This document shows positions 11,891-22,724 of a DNA stretch of 64,000 nucleotides, piece by piece. The notes beneath the pieces were generated by a model. That model was given only the letters and a program-made list of their open reading frames with translations, did no database searches and was not told the DNA's origin. This DNA is from Nitrospirota bacterium (lineage in GTDB: Bacteria > Nitrospirota > UBA9217), in assembly GCA_963754875.1 (NCBI GenBank), contig CAVWHO010000010.1:160001-224000 (forward strand), in the 5' to 3' direction. Both the position numbers and the translations under genes were made by a program. The number at the start of each line of letters is the position of its first letter. The stretch's first letter is position 1.

Positions 11891-11993
11891 CGCAAACCCT
11901 CAATTCTGCCATTTGAATGTATGAAGCACTCCTTTACCCCTTCGATCATACAGTGAAAATTTACCTCGATTATTCCGAAGAAGTCGCTAAGTA

Positions 11994-13013
11994 ATGATGA
12001 GCGTAGAGCAAAATTCAGATCCTATCCGCATTTCCATTGTCACCCCCTCTTACAATCAGGGAGGGTTTCTTTCCCAGACGATTGAAAGCGTTCTGAGTCA
12101 GGAAGGGAACTTTACGATTGATTACATTATCATGGATGGCGGCTCTCGCGACAATTCTGTAGAGATTATCAAAAAATATGAAGGTTTTCTCGCGGATGGA
12201 AAATGGCCTGTTCACTGTCGCGGCATACGGTATCGCTGGATTAGTGAGAAGGATGGCGGGCAGACAGACGCGCTGAACAAGGGGTTCAGCCTGGCGCAGG
12301 GGGACATCCTTGCCTGGTTGAATTCCGATGATACCTATTTGCCAGGGGCCTTGAAAATCGTTGTCGCTGCTTTCAGCGATAGGCCTGATATTGGACTCGT
12401 TTATGGGAAGGCATTGTTTACCGATGAATTGGGAAGCAAATTGAGCAGCGTTAATACCGGCCCGACTGATTTTCGAGGGCTCGCCGTCCTGAACCTGATC
12501 TGCCAACCTTCGGCTTTTTTCAGGAGAAGCGTATGGGAGGCCGCCGGCCCGATGGATGTTGCTCTTCATTACACGATGGATCATGATCTTTGGATTAGGA
12601 TATCCAGAATAGCCAAACTTCTCTATATCGAGCATAATCTGGCAACCTACCGTATGCATGGAGAATCCAAGTCTATGTCGCCACGCCAGGCACTGGGTTT
12701 CCAAGCTGAAATTTTAAATACGGTTAGGAAACATTATCACTGGGCTCCTGCCAACAGGGTCTTCGGCTTCAGTTACCACGGTATCCGTACAGTGCTTCCC
12801 CAGGGGCTTGCACGATTTCAACCGTTCGTGACTCTTCTGGCGATTTTTTATACTGCCTTTCTCTATATTATTCTGAACAGGGGAAAATTCCGGATTGATG
12901 ACCTCCGGATGTTAAACCGAAAGAACTTAAGAAAAGTTGCGCAGGGCGAGATTGACAATGAACGATATTTCTTGAGGATAAGCGCTAAAAAAACGGGTCG
13001 TCGAAACAGGTAA
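11994..13013 (+). CDS. Glycosyltransferase family 2 (WcaE-like)
   Basis: ISIVTPSYNQ, DGGSRD, GQTDALNKG, WLNSDD, CQPSAFFR. Confidence 0.9.
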   Translation: MMSVEQNSDPIRISIVTPSYNQGGFLSQTIESVLSQEGNFTIDYIIMDGGSRDNSVEIIKKYEGFLADGKWPVHCRGIRYRWISEKDGGQTDALNKGFSLAQGDILAWLNSDDTYLPGALKIVVAAFSDRPDIGLVYGKALFTDELGSKLSSVNTGPTDFRGLAVLNLICQPSAFFRRSVWEAAGPMDVALHYTMDHDLWIRISRIAKLLYIEHNLATYRMHGESKSMSPRQALGFQAEILNTVRKHYHWAPANRVFGFSYHGIRTVLPQGLARFQPFVTLLAIFYTAFLYIILNRGKFRIDDLRMLNRKNLRKVAQGEIDNERYFLRISAKKTGRRNR

Positions 13014-13039
13014 ATGTCGTTTGGGCGAGTGAGTACGAA

Positions 13040-14131
13040 ATGAACGTTGTATTTATCATGCTGTTTTTTAAAACGGGCGGAGGGACCCGTGTTATCGTCG
13101 AATTGGCTAACGAACTGGTGAAAAACGGCCATGTCGTTGATATTGTCCTTCCATCGATATCCGATGAACGTCCCACGTTTTCGCTTCATCCCAAAGTACG
13201 CGTCCTGCCTGTGGGAAGGACTGCCAGGAATGCCTTTAGTGCGTTCATCAATATCGCGAAGTTGTTCTGGTTCGTCAGAAGGAAACGAAAAGAGAGTGCT
13301 CTTATCACAACCGACCCGATGCTGTCCCTGCTATCTTTCCTTCTGAGGCGTAAGCGTGCCTATCGCTTCCTTCAGGCGGACGACTACATCATTTTTGACG
13401 ATTTGCACCTTCTGCACTACAAGGCATTATTATGGGTCTACAAGGCACTGACAAAAATATCATACAGGTTCCGGATGCGATTCATCTTCAACTCGCGCTT
13501 CGTCTGGGAGTCCTTTATCAAGGTGTCCCGAAGGGACGATGTACCTTGTCTTCTCGTGCACCCCGGAGTGGATCGCACGGTTTTTTTCGACAAAGCTGTA
13601 AGGAGGCAGGACGAATTGAACATCTGCCTCATAGGGCGGGTGCATCCCTGGAAAGGCTTTGCTGAATTTGTCGAGGCATGGCAAAAACTCAAGGACATTG
13701 TCGGGTACCGCGTCACGAATATATTCGTTATTTCTCCTGATGACCTGTCTCAGTTCCCGTGCCAGGACTTCACCCTTATCAAGGCGGAATCCGATGCTGA
13801 GATCGCGAACATCTATAACCGTTCTCATATCTTCGTTTCGACATCGTGGTGGGAAGGGTTCGGATTACCTCCGCTCGAAGCCATGGCATGTGGTTGCTCT
13901 GTTCTTGTGACAAATACAGGCGGAGTGCACGAGTACGCGGTTTCCGAAAGGAATTGCCTTATGTGCGAACCGAAGAGCGTTCCCGATTTACGGGAGAAGT
14001 TGATCATGCTGATCGGCGATGGCAGCCTGCGAAAAAGCATAGCCGAACAAGGCATGATCACCGCCCGTCAGTTCGGCTGGGATCATACCGCCGAGGAATT
14101 TTTGCGAATCATCGAACACAAAACCACCTGA
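13040..14131 (+). CDS. Glycosyltransferase family 4
   Basis: GG.RVIVELAN; EGFGLPPLEAMACG. Confidence 0.9.
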   Translation: MNVVFIMLFFKTGGGTRVIVELANELVKNGHVVDIVLPSISDERPTFSLHPKVRVLPVGRTARNAFSAFINIAKLFWFVRRKRKESALITTDPMLSLLSFLLRRKRAYRFLQADDYIIFDDLHLLHYKALLWVYKALTKISYRFRMRFIFNSRFVWESFIKVSRRDDVPCLLVHPGVDRTVFFDKAVRRQDELNICLIGRVHPWKGFAEFVEAWQKLKDIVGYRVTNIFVISPDDLSQFPCQDFTLIKAESDAEIANIYNRSHIFVSTSWWEGFGLPPLEAMACGCSVLVTNTGGVHEYAVSERNCLMCEPKSVPDLREKLIMLIGDGSLRKSIAEQGMITARQFGWDHTAEEFLRIIEHKTT

Positions 14132-14140
14132 ATATATTAT

Positions 14141-14470
14141 CCTAAAATCGGCAGTTGACCTCAGTCAGAGCAACTTATCCACACCATACCGGTAGCAGTT
14201 CGGACGCCGCAGCGGTTTTCCGCCCAGTAATTTGAAAAATGCACGGCTTAAGATGCGTTGGCACCGCTCATTAGGAGTCAACTGCTCCGCAGTTGTTTTC
14301 AGGATGGGCAAGAAACAGGATATCTCGTCGAGAATGCGCTGAACTTTCTCTGATTTTGCGCGCGTGCTCGTAATGGTTACTATGGTCTGTCCATGATGGC
14401 GTGTCTGTTTACCAACCGCATGCAGAAGGAGCGGACGGCTCTTAATTGCCTCCAAGTGTTTGTCTGGCGG
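14141..14470 (-). mobile_element. Transposase C-terminal remnant and terminal end (IS1380-like, from recall)
   Basis: PDKHLEAIKSRPLLLHAVGKQTRHHGQT...AEQLTPNERCQRILSRAF resembles C-termini of IS1380-type transposases; candidate terminal repeat CCTAAAATCGGCAGTTG at 14141-14157. Confidence 0.6.
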
Positions 14471-14719
14471 TGCGGCATAGTGTCTCTTCAGCTTCTTCAG
14501 CGCCGGTTCGTGATCCTTCTGGGTTTCGATGAGGAAAAGGCGACTGTCGAAAAGTTTCATCGCCTTGAGCGTTCAGACGCCATTTGACGCACCGACATCG
14601 ATCACGGTGTTGATGTCAAACCCTCTTCGAATGTGCCTCTTTAACGCTGAGCGCAGAGATAGGGTGTCAGGGGACAGTCCGACTGCATGCAAAATCACAA
14701 TCAAGATTTGTGGAGTCAT
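14471..14719 (-). pseudogene. FkbM-family methyltransferase N-terminal fragment
   Basis: INTVIDVGASNGV*TLKAMKLF...LFLIE; in-frame TGA at 14573-14575 where Trp is usual; truncated and fused to the transposase remnant. Confidence 0.7.
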
Positions 14720-14883
14720 TATGAAAGTCGAGATCGCCATCAGTTACTCCAGTACTTGTAGCCTCAATTTTTCTCCACAAAGTCGACTATATTCTTGTAC
14801 AACGATGCGCAGCGCTGTGCTATAACTAAAGCCGAGTTACAACGCATTGCCCGGTAGGTAAGTAAAGGGGAGTTTATTCGAAA

Positions 14884-15858
14884 TTAGATTGAGCAAACTC
14901 CATGCAGCTCCGCCGCGATCATCTTTTGTACCACCTCTTTCATTCTGTACTGCGCCACCCAGCCAAGCTTTTCCGCTGCTTTTTTTGGATTTGCATTGCC
15001 CTCAACCAAGTCAGTTGGTCTAAATAAAGCCGGATCTATCTCCACATATTTTGACCACTCCAAATCAAACTCAGAAAACGCAGTGTTTACAAAATCCCTT
15101 AAACTGTAACTATGCCCGGTCGCAATTACATAATCATCCGGAGAATCTTGCTGCAACATCCTCCACATTGCCTCAACATATTCTGGTGCCCAGCCCCAAT
15201 CTCTTTTCACGTTCAAATTACCAAGATAAAGATTTTTTTTGACACCTGACGATATTTGTAGCGCCCCAAGAACAATTTTTCGAGTAACATAACGCTCGGG
15301 CCTCAGAGGGGAATCATGATTGAACAAAATTCCTGTACATGCATAAAGTTTATATGCCGCTCGGTAATTAGATACCTGCCAATATGCGGCGGACTTAGCA
15401 ACCGCATATGGACTTATGGGGCGGAAAGGAGTTTCTTCGTTTGCTCGGCTTCCCCCGGTATTGCCAAAGCACTCACTCGAACCGGCGCTGTAGAAACGGA
15501 TATCTCTTGCAAGGAAGCGGATAGCCTCCAAGAGATTAAGGGTTGCAAGGCTGATGCTTTCCATAGTCTCGACCGGCTGCTCAAAGGATAGTCCCACGGA
15601 GCTTTGACCGGAAAGGTTGTATACCTCATCCGGCATCACATTGCGCAGCGCTTGTAAAACACTCCTGAAGTCATTAACTGCCATAGAGAGAGTATGCACA
15701 CGTTCCCGGATTTTTAGTGCATGCAGATTCATAAAAGTGGAAACCTGCGAATCGCGAGAAGTGCCGAACACCTCGTATCCCTTGTCAAGTAGAAGCTTCG
15801 CCAAATAGGCGCCATCCTGACCGGATACTCCGCAAATTAACGCGCGCTTTAGTGGCAT
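14884..15858 (-). CDS. gmd: GDP-mannose 4,6-dehydratase
   Basis: GVSGQDGAYLA, SSECFG, SPYAVAK, GILFNH.SP.R, LGNL..KRDWGWA. Confidence 0.9.
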   Translation of the reverse strand: MPLKRALICGVSGQDGAYLAKLLLDKGYEVFGTSRDSQVSTFMNLHALKIRERVHTLSMAVNDFRSVLQALRNVMPDEVYNLSGQSSVGLSFEQPVETMESISLATLNLLEAIRFLARDIRFYSAGSSECFGNTGGSRANEETPFRPISPYAVAKSAAYWQVSNYRAAYKLYACTGILFNHDSPLRPERYVTRKIVLGALQISSGVKKNLYLGNLNVKRDWGWAPEYVEAMWRMLQQDSPDDYVIATGHSYSLRDFVNTAFSEFDLEWSKYVEIDPALFRPTDLVEGNANPKKAAEKLGWVAQYRMKEVVQKMIAAELHGVCSI

Positions 15859-16971
15859 TTAACCCTCCAAGACCTTGCGATAGACACTCAATGTGTTTTT
15901 GGCACACTTTTCCCATGAAAACAAGCCAGCGCGCCTTCTCCCTTTCTCGACTAACATGGCGGCGTATTCCGATGTCGAAACCACCCGCTCAATTGCAGCG
16001 CGAATTTCAGCTTCGTCGGAAGGGTTAAATAATTCTGCGGCATCGCCGACTACCTCAGGTATTGAACTGGTATTGGCACACACTACCGGACAACCGAGCG
16101 ACATCGCCTCCAGAGGCGGGATGCCAAAGCCCTCATACAGGGAAGGATAGACAAAGGCCGCGGCTGAACTATATAATCCGGCTAACATTTCGTCAGCGCC
16201 GGATAAATGCCGTATGTTGCCTTTCGAAATGCCCAGAGACCGCATCAACGCCAACTCGCTTGCGGAGAACGCACCTCCTCCAAAGCAAACCACAGCAAAA
16301 TTACTTTTTAAAAAAAAAGAACCCGCATAGGCACGAAGCAGTCGCTCAAAATTCTTATAGCCACGCCTGGAACCGACATAGAGGATGTATGGCATCGGGT
16401 ATGACGTCAATTCGCCGGTGTTCTTTCGAGAAGTTGATGCCAAGGAACAACCGAGGTAAACCACGGAAATTCTTTTCTCAGGCACGGAAAACAATTCAAT
16501 TAAATCTCGTTTCGTATTTTCTGAAATGCAGATCACGTGATCCGCTCGATGCACTGAATGTGCTTTGTTTTTTTGAACCTTGGTAGCATCGGGAAAGTAT
16601 TCTTTGAATTTTTCGTGAATCATATCGAAGACCGTAATTACCCGCTTCGCAGAAACGGGGCAATAATCAGTAAGAGAATAGTATGTTTCATGAAAAATAT
16701 CCAAGTCATGTCTGGGCTTCACCAGCAGACGCGTTAGAAAAAAATCAATTGGACGAAGGATATAACTCGATCCTGGGAAAGGCGGGATCTTGATACCCCG
16801 CGGCCGAACACTGCAGTCATTGCGAAAGTACTCATTCACGTAGAGTGGTGAAAATATTTCCACGTCATTTCCCGGTAGCGCAGCAATCCGATTGGCTATC
16901 TCATAGAAGTATCTGGAAATGCCACCGTATTGCTGCTGACTAAACATCTGATGGTCGAATAATATTTTCAT
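15859..16971 (-). CDS. Glycosyltransferase family 4 (MtfB/WbaZ-like)
   Basis: QYGGISRYF; YPSLYEGFGIPPLEAM. Confidence 0.9.
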   Translation of the reverse strand: MKILFDHQMFSQQQYGGISRYFYEIANRIAALPGNDVEIFSPLYVNEYFRNDCSVRPRGIKIPPFPGSSYILRPIDFFLTRLLVKPRHDLDIFHETYYSLTDYCPVSAKRVITVFDMIHEKFKEYFPDATKVQKNKAHSVHRADHVICISENTKRDLIELFSVPEKRISVVYLGCSLASTSRKNTGELTSYPMPYILYVGSRRGYKNFERLLRAYAGSFFLKSNFAVVCFGGGAFSASELALMRSLGISKGNIRHLSGADEMLAGLYSSAAAFVYPSLYEGFGIPPLEAMSLGCPVVCANTSSIPEVVGDAAELFNPSDEAEIRAAIERVVSTSEYAAMLVEKGRRRAGLFSWEKCAKNTLSVYRKVLEG

Positions 16972-17327
16972 GTTTTACAAACGAGATTCGACGAAAGCAC
17001 GAACGAACAGCACTAGCCAAGATTTTTATTATTTTTTGCAAGATCACGATAAAAACAACTGATCCAACCACAAACATTGCCGAGAAACGTCCGTGATTCG
17101 AAAGGAATCCCCCGAGTTAAAATATTCAACCAAGCATTGATCGCTATTGACAGATCATATCATGAAAGTGATCTCAAGATAAACAAGTTGTTGAATTTAA
17201 TGTGCTGGTCATCGCCAGCATGTTTTTACTTCCCAATAGGAACTTATGTGATTTAGGGGTACTATCCCAAACACTCCATTGATAATTATTATTTAAAGTT
17301 GACAAAACCTTTCCAAAGTAGGGTAAT

Positions 17328-18356
17328 TTATCGTTTCAAGAATTGAGCGATTTTTATAATAATTCTCCAGTAACTGCGATAGACTGCATATGCTTCGGGT
17401 AAAATACCGGTTAAATTCGCGCACGTGACGGCAAGCCTTACTCTAAAAGAAAAATTGTTTGGGTTATCTTGCACGAGTGAAAGCAGCTCAGTTAACCGGT
17501 CGGGATTTTTATTCTCCTGATTTATTATATAGTGAGTCGCTCCAATCCAGCACATAGAGTTCAAAGCAATGAGATACCCATTGAGCACTCTATCAAAGTC
17601 TTTGAGTTGATTTTGGTTGAAAGTACCACTTTCCTTTGCGATCCTTCTGCAGTATCCACCGAATTGTTTTAGTGTTTGTAGCTTTATCACACCATCGGAA
17701 AATACCTTGCTTTCCGCTTCTTCATGGATTCTTATATAGGCGTATGCATTCCTTTCAAAAAGCAGTCTATCTTTTAATGCCAAGGCAAAGATAAATGCAT
17801 CATCGCTTCCCAAACCCGTTGAAAAGGTGGGATATCCTTTAATCTCCAGAAAAGACTTGCGATTGAACAACACCCCGGTGAGATAGGTTTCTCTCTTGAA
17901 CTTTGCACGCATTATCATGTATTCGAAAGCTGTTTCTTCGCGAGGAGACAGCAATGCTTCCCTGATTTGACTTCCCTGCTCATTTATAAATATGCGGTGA
18001 GAATGGACGATACTTTTCGCGTCAGAGGTAGTTGCGGTATGCAATAAATTTTTGATAAAATCTTTATCTAATAGGTCGTCATCGCTTAGAATCGTGCACC
18101 AGTCAACCGCTTTGGGAAGAAGGTTAATCCCTTTGTTAATGCTCCCGATCATGCCAATATTCTTTTCATTCACAATATAGCGAACGCGCGGATCAGATAT
18201 CGTCGCCATGAACTCCACAGTCCCATCAGTTGAACCATTGTCAATGACAATGATTTTGAGATTTCTGTAGGACTGGCTCAAAATACTTTTAACAGCGAGC
18301 GCAAGATACGTTGCACGATTAAAAGTCGGAATGAGTACTCCAATTTGAATCGCCAT
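17328..18356 (-). CDS. Glycosyltransferase family 2
   Basis: VLIPTFNR, IDNGSTDGT, LSDDD. Confidence 0.88.
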   Translation of the reverse strand: MAIQIGVLIPTFNRATYLALAVKSILSQSYRNLKIIVIDNGSTDGTVEFMATISDPRVRYIVNEKNIGMIGSINKGINLLPKAVDWCTILSDDDLLDKDFIKNLLHTATTSDAKSIVHSHRIFINEQGSQIREALLSPREETAFEYMIMRAKFKRETYLTGVLFNRKSFLEIKGYPTFSTGLGSDDAFIFALALKDRLLFERNAYAYIRIHEEAESKVFSDGVIKLQTLKQFGGYCRRIAKESGTFNQNQLKDFDRVLNGYLIALNSMCWIGATHYIINQENKNPDRLTELLSLVQDNPNNFSFRVRLAVTCANLTGILPEAYAVYRSYWRIIIKIAQFLKR

Positions 18357-18394
18357 TTTTTAAATACCCATGATACAAACTGATTCTCGCGAAA

Positions 18395-19426
18395 TTATTG
18401 ATTTTGATTTATTTTAAATACCACTGTATACGCGCAGCCTAGATCTTTGCGCCGTTCGACGGGCTTCAGTATCAGAAAATAGATGATGCGCAACGCTCCT
18501 ACCATGAGTGACTTAACGAACCGAATAGGGAGTAACAGTAAACTCTTTTTAAGTGACAATAATGTTCCGATAGAGGCATCTTTGACATCATCCGATATCT
18601 CGATATGAGATTTTGATGCATTCTTAACCTCAGTAAGCAGGAATGGTGCTTTCTCCTTCAATAGATTGCGCACAGAAGTAAACCACCAGCTAAAAGTACT
18701 GAAGATGTTGCTGGCTTCATCTGTTGTTGTCGCCATGACGAGATGCATCCCTAATGATTCCATGTATTTTACGAGGACCTGCATCGGAATCAACTCCAAA
18801 TGACGCGGTGCATCTACATGTACCCAGAATTTACCGAACAACTTGAATTGAAAGGCAGAAGGATTTGGCGCTGTTATCACGAGAACGCCGCCTGGCAATA
18901 ATTTTCTGGAAATTGCTCCAAGAGTGTCCCAGGGATCTGTCAGGTGTTCGATGACATGCCATAGCGTTATCACATCATAGGGCAATAGCTTTTCTAACGA
19001 TGCAGCGATATCGCTAGTATTGATGGCTTCCACCCTGACGACCTTAGTTAAATACATGCAACATCGGGCATCCATTTCAATGGCTTCGACTTCAAATCCC
19101 GCTTTTTTAGCCAAATAACAAAAGGCCCCATATGATGGACCAATCTCCAAGAGCCTCCCTCTAGTGACGAATTTCTGGATGGTTTCCAGCTTATATTGCT
19201 CCTGTACGGCTATTGTTTCAAGCTCTTGCGAAGAAGGCATTTGGTAAGCGGGATATGTTGGTATATAATAAGACCCGAGGTCGTTCGGAACCGGAGATAG
19301 AAAGATGAGTCGGCATGAGGGACATCGATAATAGTAAAAGATCGTGTCGGAAATTTCCTGATTCAGATCTCTAACGCTAAAATGATCTAGCGATTGTATC
19401 TTGCAGAGCGGGCACAAGGGGGTCAT
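18395..19426 (-). CDS. Class I SAM-dependent methyltransferase with N-terminal CxxC/CxxC
   Basis: CPLC...CPSC, LLEIGPSYG, DVITLWHVIEH, DAPRHL. Confidence 0.85.
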   Translation of the reverse strand: MTPLCPLCKIQSLDHFSVRDLNQEISDTIFYYYRCPSCRLIFLSPVPNDLGSYYIPTYPAYQMPSSQELETIAVQEQYKLETIQKFVTRGRLLEIGPSYGAFCYLAKKAGFEVEAIEMDARCCMYLTKVVRVEAINTSDIAASLEKLLPYDVITLWHVIEHLTDPWDTLGAISRKLLPGGVLVITAPNPSAFQFKLFGKFWVHVDAPRHLELIPMQVLVKYMESLGMHLVMATTTDEASNIFSTFSWWFTSVRNLLKEKAPFLLTEVKNASKSHIEISDDVKDASIGTLLSLKKSLLLLPIRFVKSLMVGALRIIYFLILKPVERRKDLGCAYTVVFKINQNQ

Positions 19427-20925
19427 ATAATTTTCACCTTTTTCATCCAATTACTGGCAAACGGAGTAGACAATGAAGAAAAGAATATTGCAAAAAAAAC
19501 CGTCACTACGATCCAGATAAAATTAAAATATGATGACCCGCCCTGCGGCATCAAAACACGGGAAACGCCAGCGACACAACAAACGACAAAGGCAGGAATT
19601 CCAATATCTTTGAGATACCATGGCCACATGTCATCTTTTAATATTCGCATATGCATTATAGGAATCTCTACCAGGAAATAACCAGTGTTCAGTGTAATCC
19701 AGATAATGGCGGCGCCAATGGCTCCATACCGAATAGCAAACCATATTAGTAAAGGTATAAGTGCAATCACTGCAATTACGTTCTTCACGAATGACAGCTT
19801 AGTCCATCCATATGCTAATTGTAAAGTAAGAGGGAGCGTCATAAGAGCATTTAAAGTTGACCCAATAACCAGTAAACTGAGCAATATATATGTATTTTGC
19901 GCAATTACAGGGTCACGAACCCAGAGCTGTAGAACCTGAAGAGAAAATAAAGCCAACACACCACCAACAGGGAGAGCAATTATGGATACAAGTTGACAAC
20001 CCTTATGGTAGTATTCTGAGACAAGATTCTCATTACCTTTCGCCGTAATTAGCTGGGATAGCTTAGGAAACAGTGCCGAAAATACAGGAGTGACGAGTAG
20101 ACCTACCGCATTTGCTAGGTTAAATGCCAGCACATAATACCCAAATAAAGCAAGTGTCAACAATCTGCTGAGAATAATCTTGTCTGCCTGTGTCAGAATC
20201 GTAGCCATAATAGCTATGCTCGTCATCCCTGCAGCGAATCGCCAATTTTTAATCAACAGATACTTCTGAAATATACTTTTCCTGCGAGTGGTCGGAAGAG
20301 CTTCCCAAACAGAATATGCCAAAAAAAATGTCTGAACTATGCTAATGAATATTTGCCACGTGAAATATGAAATAATTGTCGGAGATACAAACCAGAGTAT
20401 AAGAACAGCACCACCATGTTGAATAGTTGCCATAATTGATCGTATACTGTTGAGCAAGACTTGGCGTTGTAAACCGATCAACCCCCCATCATAGAGCGAA
20501 GTAGGCCATTGCAAAGCTACGACCAATCCCATAATTAAGAGTGCACGTTCAACTGTCTTTGCAGGAATCCCCTGTGCGTTTATCCAATGGTGGGCAATGA
20601 CAGGCGCCAGCGATATTATTCCTAAACCAATGATAATACCGATACTCCAATAAACCACCTCCAATGTGCGGACTAAATCTCTCGATTCTTGTGCCGACTT
20701 TTCGGAGACAGATAGTCTTGCTAGTTCACGGCTGAGGGTGGCACTTAGGCCCATATCCAAAACAGATAATAAAGCCATCAAAGACGCAAAAATCCCGATG
20801 AGGCCGTAAGCTTCAATTCCCATAAACTTTATATAGATGGGAACGAAGACTAGACTCATGATGCTCGTCCATATTCTGCCTGCAAAATTAGCGATTACAT
20901 TTATTTTGACTGATGTCTCTTTCAT
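19423..20925 (-). CDS. wzx: Polysaccharide flippase (Wzx/RfbX)
   Basis: 500 aa, ~12-14 TM; LDMGLS, QADKIILS, FGYY motifs. Confidence 0.85.
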   Translation of the reverse strand: MKETSVKINVIANFAGRIWTSIMSLVFVPIYIKFMGIEAYGLIGIFASLMALLSVLDMGLSATLSRELARLSVSEKSAQESRDLVRTLEVVYWSIGIIIGLGIISLAPVIAHHWINAQGIPAKTVERALLIMGLVVALQWPTSLYDGGLIGLQRQVLLNSIRSIMATIQHGGAVLILWFVSPTIISYFTWQIFISIVQTFFLAYSVWEALPTTRRKSIFQKYLLIKNWRFAAGMTSIAIMATILTQADKIILSRLLTLALFGYYVLAFNLANAVGLLVTPVFSALFPKLSQLITAKGNENLVSEYYHKGCQLVSIIALPVGGVLALFSLQVLQLWVRDPVIAQNTYILLSLLVIGSTLNALMTLPLTLQLAYGWTKLSFVKNVIAVIALIPLLIWFAIRYGAIGAAIIWITLNTGYFLVEIPIMHMRILKDDMWPWYLKDIGIPAFVVCCVAGVSRVLMPQGGSSYFNFIWIVVTVFFAIFFSSLSTPFASNWMKKVKII

Positions 20926-20949
20926 GCTTCCTTTGAATCACCAAGCGCT

Positions 20950-21777
20950 CTATTCTCCCCAGGTAAGCCGTGATAGTTTGCATTTTAATGTGGTGTTCGC
21001 GTTTAAGTATGTGCTCGTTTGATTATCGGCAATAAGTAAGTTGCTCTGCTCTCCTTGCCGGAATGTGCCGGACTTGCACCAGTCTTCTTTATTATAACTT
21101 TCACCATTTTTACCGACAACCAGGACGTTCAAATTCATTTGTAAAACTTGTTTAGTTAAGCTTTGCTTGCCGCTCTCAAATCTTTGTGCGTCCATTTTAG
21201 AAAGAATAATGCCATGATGAATCTTCGCCATCACATCCCGAGAAATGATAAAGCCATTTGTACGTATGTGGTAGTTCGGAAAAGACTCAAAAAAATGTTT
21301 ATACTTCATTTTTGCCAAGAAATGTATGCAGCGTCTTACAATCTGTGTCTTCGAAAGTCCGATGCTTTTCTGTTCGATAAGAAGATCTGTATAAACACTT
21401 TCATAAGACCCAGTCGCGCCGACAAGTCCGACGTTCTGTTTCATCAGATGAGAATGCAGTTTTAACAACCATTCATGATCTAGTATCGTGCTGAATGAAT
21501 TAAGAAAGCAAAAGTATTTATTGTTGAATTTGTTAACTGCCAAGAAATATGCCCTGATGTCAAAGCCGTAATCATGCATATATAGTGTCTTATGGGAAAC
21601 ATCCTTTAGTAATTGATTGTATTCCGTAGAGCAGTGCTTTCCATGAAACCCCTTGAACACAATTAATAGATCATGATCTTTTCCGCTGCGGTATTGAACA
21701 TATGAATTAAGAAAATTACGAAATGGTCCAATACTGTTCTTAGCTCTAACCAAATGTACTACGCATATATCCGACAT
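20950..21777 (-). CDS. Hypothetical glycan-biosynthesis protein (rhamnan-synthesis/GT-A-like)
   Basis: YGFDIRAY, FCFLNSFS, HIRTNGF, FESG; GAGGA SD before ATG 21777. Confidence 0.55.
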   Translation of the reverse strand: MSDICVVHLVRAKNSIGPFRNFLNSYVQYRSGKDHDLLIVFKGFHGKHCSTEYNQLLKDVSHKTLYMHDYGFDIRAYFLAVNKFNNKYFCFLNSFSTILDHEWLLKLHSHLMKQNVGLVGATGSYESVYTDLLIEQKSIGLSKTQIVRRCIHFLAKMKYKHFFESFPNYHIRTNGFIISRDVMAKIHHGIILSKMDAQRFESGKQSLTKQVLQMNLNVLVVGKNGESYNKEDWCKSGTFRQGEQSNLLIADNQTSTYLNANTTLKCKLSRLTWGE

Positions 21778-21848
21778 TATGCAGTTATCCTCAAATGATA
21801 AGCTGTGATCGAGAAATAGATGGGGGCAACTCATAAAGCGGTTGATGT

Positions 21849-22724
21849 TTAAAAATTGTCGATACTTTCATATTTATCTTTTAAATACCTCTCTAATGCA
21901 TCTCGCCAGGGGGGTAGGGTAATCCCAAATTCGCGAGCCTTTGTGTTGGCCAAAGCTGAGTACAGTGGGCGACGCATATTGCCGCTCCTGCCCTTGCGGT
22001 CAACTGGTTTTACTAGGACAGAGAACGCCATGATTTTGTAGATGGCCTTGGTAAATTCGTACCAACTACACTCCCCCTCGTTAACTAAATGATAAATGCC
22101 CATTTCTTTCGACGGATGTTCTACTAGCTGTAATACAGCCTTACTCAGATCATGCGTTGAGGTCGGGGAGACGATCTGGTCGCATCCCATTTCCAGTGTT
22201 GTATAAGTTTTTGCATCTTGAATGCGCTTGTCAACGAAATTGCCTCCTTTCGATTGCGCACCCGATGCTCCGTATAGCCCGCATGTTCTGATCACGATTG
22301 CGCGGCTAGGTGCGACGGAAAGCGCTGCATGCTCTCCGACCAGCCGCGACATGCCGTAGATCTGGAGCGGAGCTGGCTTGTCATGCTCTAGATAGGGAGT
22401 TCGTTTGTCCCCGCCGAATACGTAATCAGAGCTGAACGTGATGAAGAGGGCCCCGATACGGTTGCATGCGGCAGCAAGATTCCGTACTGCGACGCAGTTA
22501 ACAAGAAACGCTGTTACGGGCTCCGTCTCGCATAAGGGAACGTTATGAAATGCAGCTGTGTTGATGACTACTTCCGGCGCGTATCTATCAATCGCGGTAT
22601 TAATGGATTCTAACGACTGGATATCAAGTTCATTACGATCAGGTGCAATAATAACGTGCCCGCTGTTATTCTGCAGAATATCACTGCCGAGCTGCCCGGT
22701 TTTGCCGATCAAAAGGATCTTCAT
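21849..22724 (-). CDS. rfbD: NDP-4-keto-6-deoxyhexose reductase (RmlD/RfbD family)
   Basis: GKTGQLG, SSDYVF.G, YGMSR (YxxxR variant), SPT, RRP.YSAL. Confidence 0.88.
   Translation of the reverse strand: MKILLIGKTGQLGSDILQNNSGHVIIAPDRNELDIQSLESINTAIDRYAPEVVINTAAFHNVPLCETEPVTAFLVNCVAVRNLAAACNRIGALFITFSSDYVFGGDKRTPYLEHDKPAPLQIYGMSRLVGEHAALSVAPSRAIVIRTCGLYGASGAQSKGGNFVDKRIQDAKTYTTLEMGCDQIVSPTSTHDLSKAVLQLVEHPSKEMGIYHLVNEGECSWYEFTKAIYKIMAFSVLVKPVDRKGRSGNMRRPLYSALANTKAREFGITLPPWRDALERYLKDKYESIDNF

Noticed and set aside
14573..14575. In-frame TGA as selenocysteine or recoded Trp
   Set aside because: The gene is truncated and fused to an IS remnant, the position is normally Trp, and TGA is a normal stop elsewhere in the window.
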